A DNA stretch of 64,000 bases from the human T2T-CHM13v2.0 reference genome, Homo sapiens, in NCBI RefSeq assembly GCF_009914755.1, contig NC_060928.1, one strand, 5' to 3'. Shown here piece by piece: positions 56,050 through 64,000 of the stretch. Numbering within the stretch: the first letter of the stretch is position 1; the number at the start of each line of letters is the position of its first letter. The position numbers and the translations under genes were made by a program. The notes beneath the pieces were generated by a model, which saw only the letters and a list, made by a program, of their open reading frames with translations, was not told the origin of the DNA and searched no databases.

Positions 56050-56513
56050 TGCCAGGCAACCCCTGACGTGGCCCCCAACCATCCCCACCTGCAGGTGTTC
56101 ACACCTTCATCTAGTCCCCTTCTCTTGAGGGTGGGCTGCCCTACTGGCTTACTTCTGTGAATAGAATACAGAAAAAGAACTAGGATATCACTTCTGTGAT
56201 TAGACTACGTAAGGCTGTGCCTTTTGCCTTCCCGGTAGACTGTCTTTTTGGCTTTGATGAAGCAAGCAGCTATGTTAGGGGGGACCACATGGCAAGTAAT
56301 TGAGGGCAGCCAACAGCTCACAAGAAACTGAGCCTTACCAACAATCACATGATCCTGAAAATGGATCCTTCCCTGATTCCCTCATCTTCTGATGAGCCCC
56401 CAGTCCTGCTAACACTCTGACTGGCCCAGCTATGTGAGTCTGTGAGAAACTGTGTGTTGTTTCAAGCTGTTAATTTCGTGGTAATATCTTATGCAGCAAT
56501 AGATAATAAAGAT
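56050..56513 (+). mobile_element. MLT1F-like solo LTR
   Basis: atcacttctgtgattag, ggctttgatgaagcaagc, ttatgcagcaatagataa. Confidence 0.78.
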
Positions 56514-56754
56514 GAAAAAAATTCTAAAAATTAACAAATGTAAACTTTGAAGACCATCCCCTACTCGAGAAGATTATGTCTTCAATATCTTTAAAAGTGT
56601 AGATTAATTCTATTCCAGTGGATACTGTGACAAATACACTTACAAAATTATAAACTCATTTAAAAAATAAGGCTCAGGAATAATGATTTTTTGAATTCAT
56701 TGTCTATCTTCTAAACTGGTTACCTTTCTCAACTCTGCTATTCCTGCCAGATAA

Positions 56755-57062
<308 letters not shown>

Positions 57063-57760
57063 TCTGCCAGATAAATTATTATTTTTAAATGTATCTTAGA
57101 ACCTACACATCTGTTTATTTTATGGTTGAAATGCACTGGAGTTCTCAAGAGGTTGCATGACACAAAGCTTATTAGGGTTACAGGCAGCACACGGTGTCTG
57201 GTTCCAGCTCTTTCTGGCATGTCCCTCCTTTATCTCTCATAACCACCAAACATTGCCGGTCCTTCTGCAGTCAGGCTTGGTCCCACTTCCTCTAGTCCCG
57301 CCGCCCTCGCCCCAGCTGGCTCCCCAACCTCCCTCCTCTCTGTGGCCCTCAGCATCCCCTCCAACCCATTCTGCCTGCTGCTGTTAGGATGATCTTCCTA
57401 CAACTTCACTTTCAACCGGCCCCTCCCTTGTTTGGGCATCTCTAAAGCCTACGTGTTCCTTTCCAAATCAAATCCAAACTCCTCTGTCTGCTTTTCAAAT
57501 CCTCCTGAAACCCAGCCCCAGCCTATTCCCCACTCCTCCCAGCGCCGAGGCCTGCATCTCTCCTGTTCCCTACTATGATACACTTCCCGCCGGTCCTTGC
57601 TTTTTAAAAACATTAGGTTAGGCTCTCCTCTCCCCTCCTGCTTTTCCTTCTTCCTTTCTCATTACTTAAAAAAGAACTCCAAAGACTGTCTTAAATTACA
57701 TTTTCTTCTTCTCATCACTTCTCATTATCTAATATGATATACTGTACTTCACTTATTCAA

Positions 57761-58346
<586 letters not shown>

Positions 58347-58498
58347 CTGTACTTCATTTATTCATCCTGTTTATTGTCTGTCTCTCCCCATAGAATGGAA
58401 GCTCCATGATAGCAGGGACTTTTTTCTGTTGTTTTTTTTATTTTTTATTTTTTGGTTTTTACTATTTTGTTCACTGCTATAGTTTCAGGACCTAGAAT

Positions 58499-58600
58499 AA
58501 TATTCAATAAATATTATTGAACAATATTCAATATATATTATTGAACAATATTCAATATTTAACATATTCGATATTGAACAACATTAAATAAATATTTGAA
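58499..58600. repeat. AT-rich quasi-palindromic minisatellite (24-bp unit)
   Basis: aatattcaata(a/t)atattattgaac x2 plus degenerate copies. Confidence 0.85.
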
Positions 58601-58744
58601 TAAATAAGTGAAATTTCATTTGGTCTATAAAGTTCTCCCTCACACTACCTTTTTTTTCCCTGCAAATGCCTATACATTTTGATCTGTTTAGCGCTTAATC
58701 AGGCCTTAATTGTTTCATGTGTTTCGTTTGGTTTCTCTGTGTTG

Positions 58745-59090
58745 TAGGATTGTTGTGTTTGTGTGTGGATGTCCAACAAACTTCCTTCCCCACTTGTTCT
58801 AGAAATATACCTGTCACCTCATCCCACCTAACATTTCCCCCAGACCACAGAGGTGAACACAAGGCCCAGTTTGGGTCAATTACAGAACCCCAATACCCTG
58901 GCCACAGAGAATGGCCAAGAATGAGTATTCGACCCATCCAAGGGAGGTTCGAGGCCTTTCCCAAGACTTAACCTTTCAGGTTCCTGTAGCTTGTCCTTTC
59001 ATTCCATAAGCTACCCTTCCAAAAAGTTCTCCTTTTTGCTTAAGTTGGTTTGAGTTAGGTTTCTGTCACATGTAACATGGAAAGTCTTTG
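58745..59090 (+). mobile_element. ERVL LTR relic (LTR16-like)
   Basis: ccctggccacagagaatggcc; tttttgcttaagttggtttgagttaggtttctgtcac. Confidence 0.6.
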
Positions 59091-59461
59091 TCCTGTACTT
59101 TATATTTTTTAATTTTCAGGCCAATACATGCATTTGGTTGAATATAGACTTATTTCATATTCTAAGCTGTAGGTAATTCAATACAGTATATTTTCCCCAT
59201 ATTTTCATAATGATTGCAGGAAACAGTGCATCTGATACTTGATTATGTGGCCCAGCATAATCTATACGAGCAACATAAGATAATAGCAATGTCAGTAGTG
59301 ATGGAGGGAAAAAATAGATGCAAACGGCTACTTTTAAGTAGAGTACAGAGTATACTTCTTATGGTTCCATTTTCCAGGTGGAAGAATTTGGACTCAAAGA
59401 AAGCAAGCATCAGCTCTGGGTTTAGTAGGGGCTTGTTGCAGCTTTCTAAATTCTGTATACA

Positions 59462-59620
59462 GTCATGTCAGATCTGGGTGAATTCTGATTCAGCTTTTTA
59501 ATAGCTTGGCCAAGTTATCTACCACCTTACTTCCATTTTTATCATCCAGATAAGTGAAGATAATAACCACTTATTTCCTAGAACTGTTTGAGGATTTTTT
59601 TTGAGATAATGTGTATAACT
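59462..59620 (+). mobile_element. MIR
   Basis: cttggccaagttatct...gaggatt...gagataatgtgtataa. Confidence 0.7.
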
Positions 59621-59621
59621 G

Positions 59622-60130
59622 GAAACAGAGCTTGAGGCAAAGGCTTATGTACTTACATTTGTATGGGGGAGTGCAATCCAGGAAATCATGTGTGGGGGTT
59701 AAAGGGCAGAGAGGTCGGGAAGGAAGGGGACAGACACACCAGAGTGCATCATCAGAAGAGCCACAGCTCACTATCAGGTACAACCAAGCCTACCTGTTCT
59801 CACAGTTCTGCCTCCCAACCATCTGCAGCTCTCCTACTCTCAGTATGGTTTGTCTGGGTGGTGGAAGGGAGGACACATTATTTACCACTCTCATTGGTTA
59901 AAGTTTGCCCACAGGGTGTCTGCTTTCTGCACTTCCGGGTGTATGACCTAATCTTTCTAGAAGCTGACCCAAGAGGCTCCGCAATGTGAGCCACAAAAAG
60001 TCATCAGCATTCCCTACCTGCCTCTCTGCAGTCTGCAGCATGATGGGCTGGCCAGATGAGCTCTTGCAAGAGCATGGGCACCAAGAGATATCACTGAATC
60101 TCACAGCTCAGTGGCAACCAGAAGTCCCAG
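59622..60130 (-). mobile_element. ERVL LTR relic (LTR16/LTR40-like)
   Basis: gaaacagagcttgaggcaaaggctt; tcattggttaaagtttgcccacagggtg. Confidence 0.55.
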
Positions 60131-60686
60131 AGCAGGAAAGGGGAGGTCCATGCAGTGTGAATTGAGGTAGTGGCAGGTCATGAGTGACATGAGGAATTGC
60201 AAATAGCTGCTGCAGCCGGACCAGCCTGCTAAGCAGGTGGAACACTGTAACAGCATGATCCTGCCAGACGGCAGCAACAAGCTTCCTTCCTACCACAGAC
60301 AAAATGTTTCATCTACAATCTCCAAGAATGCAGCTGCTGGTGGGCCATCTTGGTCATGAGCAGAAAACCATGGTTGCATAAATCTAGGGGGCCTTCTAAG
60401 CTGCCAGAACAGTAACCGTGCCTAGTATGGGGGCCTGAATTGGAAGATGCTCCCATAGTGTCAGTTTCCTTCCTCCCTTAGGTGGCTGAAACATGGAAGG
60501 CCTGCAGCTCTGACGTTATGAAAATGAAATTCTATTAAGAACAAGCAATGAGAGATGGCTTAAGTTGACTAAAGGGAATGTTAGCTTTAATATTGTGAAG
60601 ATGACTGAAACCATATTGGTGAATACTTGAACTCATAGGATAAAAGAAACCTCAATATATAAATATGAGTGCTTTTATTTTACTAA

Positions 60687-60810
60687 TTTTTTAAAGAAAT
60701 GGAGTCTCACTATGTTGCCCAGGCTGGACTTGAACTCCTGGGCTCAAATAGTCCTCTCCCCTCATCCTCTCAAGTAGCTAGGAATACAGGCAAGAGCCAC
60801 CGTGGCTGGC
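60687..60810 (-). mobile_element. FLAM_A
   Basis: Antisense monomer. Confidence 0.85.
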
Positions 60811-61134
60811 TAAACATAAGTGTTATGACTCTCCTTGTTTTCCCTAGTCAGTGGCAGGTGAGCCATCCATTTGGGTAATATTGTTGACACACACTTGCCA
60901 GCATTTCCCCTTTCTAAATACCACCAGTGGTGGCCATGATTTATATCTGACTGTGTCTATGCTCAGTTTCTTAGACACTTGGCTTTTGGGGGTGAGTCTC
61001 TAATGCATCGATGCCTTTCGAATTTCTATAATGGTTTGGGGCTTCCTGAATTCTTATTTTTCTATTGAAAGTTTAGAGCTACTTCCTTACCCACCTCTGT
61101 CAGGGCTGGCCACTCTTTGAGAATAGCCTCCAGA

Positions 61135-61442
61135 GGCTAGGCACAGTGGCTCATGCCTGTAATCCCAGCATTTTGGGAGGCCAAGGCGGGCGGATCACCT
61201 GAGGTCAGGAATTCGAGACCAGCCTGACCAACATGGAGAAACCCCATCTCTACTAAAAATACAAAAAATTAGCCAGGGGTGGTGGCACATGCCTATAATC
61301 CTAGCTACTCAGGAGGCGGAGGCAGAAGAATCATTTAAACCCAGGAGGCGGAGGTTGTGGTGAGCTGAGATTGTGCCATTGTACTCTAGCCTGGGCAACA
61401 AGAGTGAAACTCTGTCTCAAAAAAAACATTAAAAAAAAAAAA
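61135..61442 (+). mobile_element. AluSp
   Basis: cctgaccaacatggagaaacccc diagnostic; TSD tagcctccag. Confidence 0.93.
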
Positions 61443-62341
61443 GATTAGCCTCCAGGAGAGTGTGGAGTAGGCTGCTAGTTTGACTATTAAGACATCCAGA
61501 ATTCACACACTACCTCCTGGGCTTGATAAAGGGACATGGTAGCAACAGTTCTTACAGCAAGGTGACCCCACAAGACATCTTTGCCATGAAGTTGACCATT
61601 CTTCATGTAGATATTTAATTTCCCAGAGCAATTCTACAAAGATTGCCCAAATCTGGCCACTGGCCAAGTAGCATGAGTTATCAGCTTTTTCCTTACTGTG
61701 GGATCATTTGTAGAAGCTTTAAAAAACTGCCTCAATGTGTGAGTTTCCTTGGACTGAAAGAAAAAAATAGAACTTAAAAGTTCCAGCTGTCTGAACATTT
61801 TCTACTTAAAAAAAAATAAACTGAATTGGACAGGAAGATCATGGTACATGACTCATGGTAAACAAATGCCAAACACATGTTATCTTAATCATCCTGTACA
61901 AAATAAGGAAATTGTATGAATCCAAAAAAGAATTATCCAGAAAGGACAAATGAAGGATATCCAGAAGACAAATTTGAAGGTTTTGTTTTTTACAAATTAT
62001 TAATTTATATAGCTCCAAACAGCCACAGTCAGAATCGGTCAGAACACAGAAATAAGAACATTTAGGTATCCTTCAACTTATATCAATTTCACTCTGTTAG
62101 GTTTAGTTAATCAAAGTGTTCATTTAGGAAAGACTCCATTAACTTTTTGCAACCATATCCTGTTTTGAATGATCAGAATCATAACCCTTGCTTTTATAAT
62201 AAGCAGTATAGCTAAAATCTACTGAGTGCCGTGAATCATGCATGTATTCTGCTAAATGATCTAGTATAAAAAAATCTGTGTATGTTATCATTCTTTCCTC
62301 AGTGGAGTTTTTAATCTAGTTAAATGAATGGGTATTATGCA

Positions 62342-62721
62342 TGTAGTGGTCAATTTTATGTGTTAACTTGATTGGACTAGGGGATGCCCAGATAGCTGGT
62401 AAAACATTACTTCTGGGTATGTTTGGAAGGGTATTTCCAGAAGACATTAGCATTTGAATCAGTAGACTTAGAAAAGAAGCCCTGAATGGAACAAAAGGGT
62501 TGGGGAAGAGCAAATTCACTCTCTCTTTGAGCTGGGACATCTGTCTTCTTCTGCCCTTGAACTGGAACTACATCACTGGCTTTTCTGGGCCTCCATCTTG
62601 CAGACAGATGGCAGATCATGGGACTTCTTAGCCTCCATGATCATGGGAGCCAATCTCTCATAATAAATAAATACATAAATATCCTATGGTTCTGTTTCTC
62701 TGGAGATCTCTGACTAATATA
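62342..62721 (+). mobile_element. MLT2 (MLT2B/D-like) solo LTR, ERVL
   Basis: tgtagtggtcaattttatgtgttaacttga...ggttctgtttctctggagatctctgactaata. Confidence 0.85.
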
Positions 62722-64000
62722 ACATGTAAATTCCATGTTTCCTGAGGCTGTAGAGAGCTAGTTTGGAACAGGCAGGTAATTCCTTTATATAAGGTACAGC
62801 TTCCATAGAGCTGTGGGTAACAAAGTCTCTGATAACTTGGCATTGCCCACTTTGTAACATAATGTGAAATTAACTTGGAGGAGAACTAGGGTACTCTGAC
62901 AGTTTCTGGAAAAATAAAGGGCATGCTTTGCATATAGGCCATTGAAGGCCATAGTAGAAGGACAGCAGGGCTGGGATGGATTTGTATGCATTCTGTGTGG
63001 GGTTAGTGACAGGCAGAATCTAACAAAAGGACAGCTCTTTTTTTGCTCGGAAATGCTAAAGAATGTAATTCCCCAGGGTGGTGGAAACCAGAAGACATGA
63101 AAGGAGAGGGCTGCAAATAGCAGAGAGGATAGATTCAAAAGGATGGCCTATTTTATCAGCATCATGTAAAGAAAACAGTCTTTGGTAAACCTCAGGGAAA
63201 GAAATAGGATCAACCTTTGCATATAATTCCCCCAGTGGCATTGTTCAGGAGGAGCCCCCAAGACTTCCTGTAAAATGCCAAAACCAAGAAAGACATCTGA
63301 AAGCAGAGAGAATGGAGCAAAAGTTGCTAAGAAGTAAGTAAACCCGGAGGCTGCAGAGAAAGCTGGCAGGAGACTGGGGCAGAGCATGATGGACACCCCT
63401 CGTCCCTGGGAGACCACCCAATCCACTCTGATGGAGCAGTTCCTCCAGCCCAGGACTGAAAGTTTAGGGAAGCTCCTGTTTAAACAGAGAGTATCCCCTG
63501 GCCCATGAGGGGCACTTGGAGCACAGAGCAACTTTTGACTGCTATTGTCTGATACCCAAAAATGCAAGATGGCGAGTTTTCTTCTCTTTCAAATAAAACC
63601 ACCCTTTGCCCCATTGTAAACATTATGCTTGCAAGTGGGGAATTAGAGCCAGGTACTTACTGTGATCTTTAGGAAGATAATTTCACAGGTTGCTCACCAA
63701 AGGCCAGAGCCAATAAATTGCCCCATCCTTGTAAAGGGGCCTGGGCCCACAGAAGCTTTTTTGTGCAATATTCTTAGTAGTAACCTTAATTTACATTTTT
63801 TTCCTGCCCACACTGGGCCCATATTCCCACAAGATGGTGTTCAGCAGGAGCTGGTGGCAGCTGCCTCCTTTAGACAGCAGACTAAGGCATATTCAAATTC
63901 ACCATAGGCCCCATCACTCCAGATTAGGTAACTTACCTTGAGGCTGCAGAACTGTCACTTATCAGAATGCTCATGTTGTTTTTGTTAGAATAGAAAACCA

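Noticed and set aside
63931-63940. Perfect - strand donor AAG|GTAAGT (similar near 50603) suggesting a lncRNA exon
   Set aside because: No paired acceptor visible; single donors occur by chance.

Overview
Primate, most likely human, genomic DNA. The only supportable protein-coding sequence is the last exon of SPATA5/AFG2A (AAA+ ATPase, + strand). Its splice acceptor AG is at 13973-13974 and the coding part runs 13975-14151 ([18 protein letters not shown]...EKSGLHTL*). Bases 1-13974 are the 3' part of its last intron. A long Alu-rich 3' UTR follows, probably ending near 19.4-19.5 kb. The rest is intergenic DNA; from recalled gene order at 4q28.1, SPRY1 lies further downstream, outside the window. 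Much of the window is transposon-derived: over 20 Alu/FLAM elements, MaLR and ERVL LTRs, MIR/L2 relics and DNA-transposon MITEs. It also holds a Tigger1 interrupted by a full-length, inactivated L1PA7-like element on the - strand. The other ORFs in the track are chance ORFs or transposon fragments. I found no convincing new biological system, CRISPR array or RNA gene. The most testable observations are an open antisense ORF0-like frame in the L1 5' UTR, inverted Alus in the SPATA5 3' UTR that could be switched by poly(A) site choice, and a SOX-OCT motif inside a MIR. Also testable are a candidate Alu poison exon, an ancient amniote SINE beside repeat-free motif-rich DNA, a poly(A)-only insertion and several short tandem duplications. 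Repeat subfamily names come from recalled consensus sequences, not a database search.
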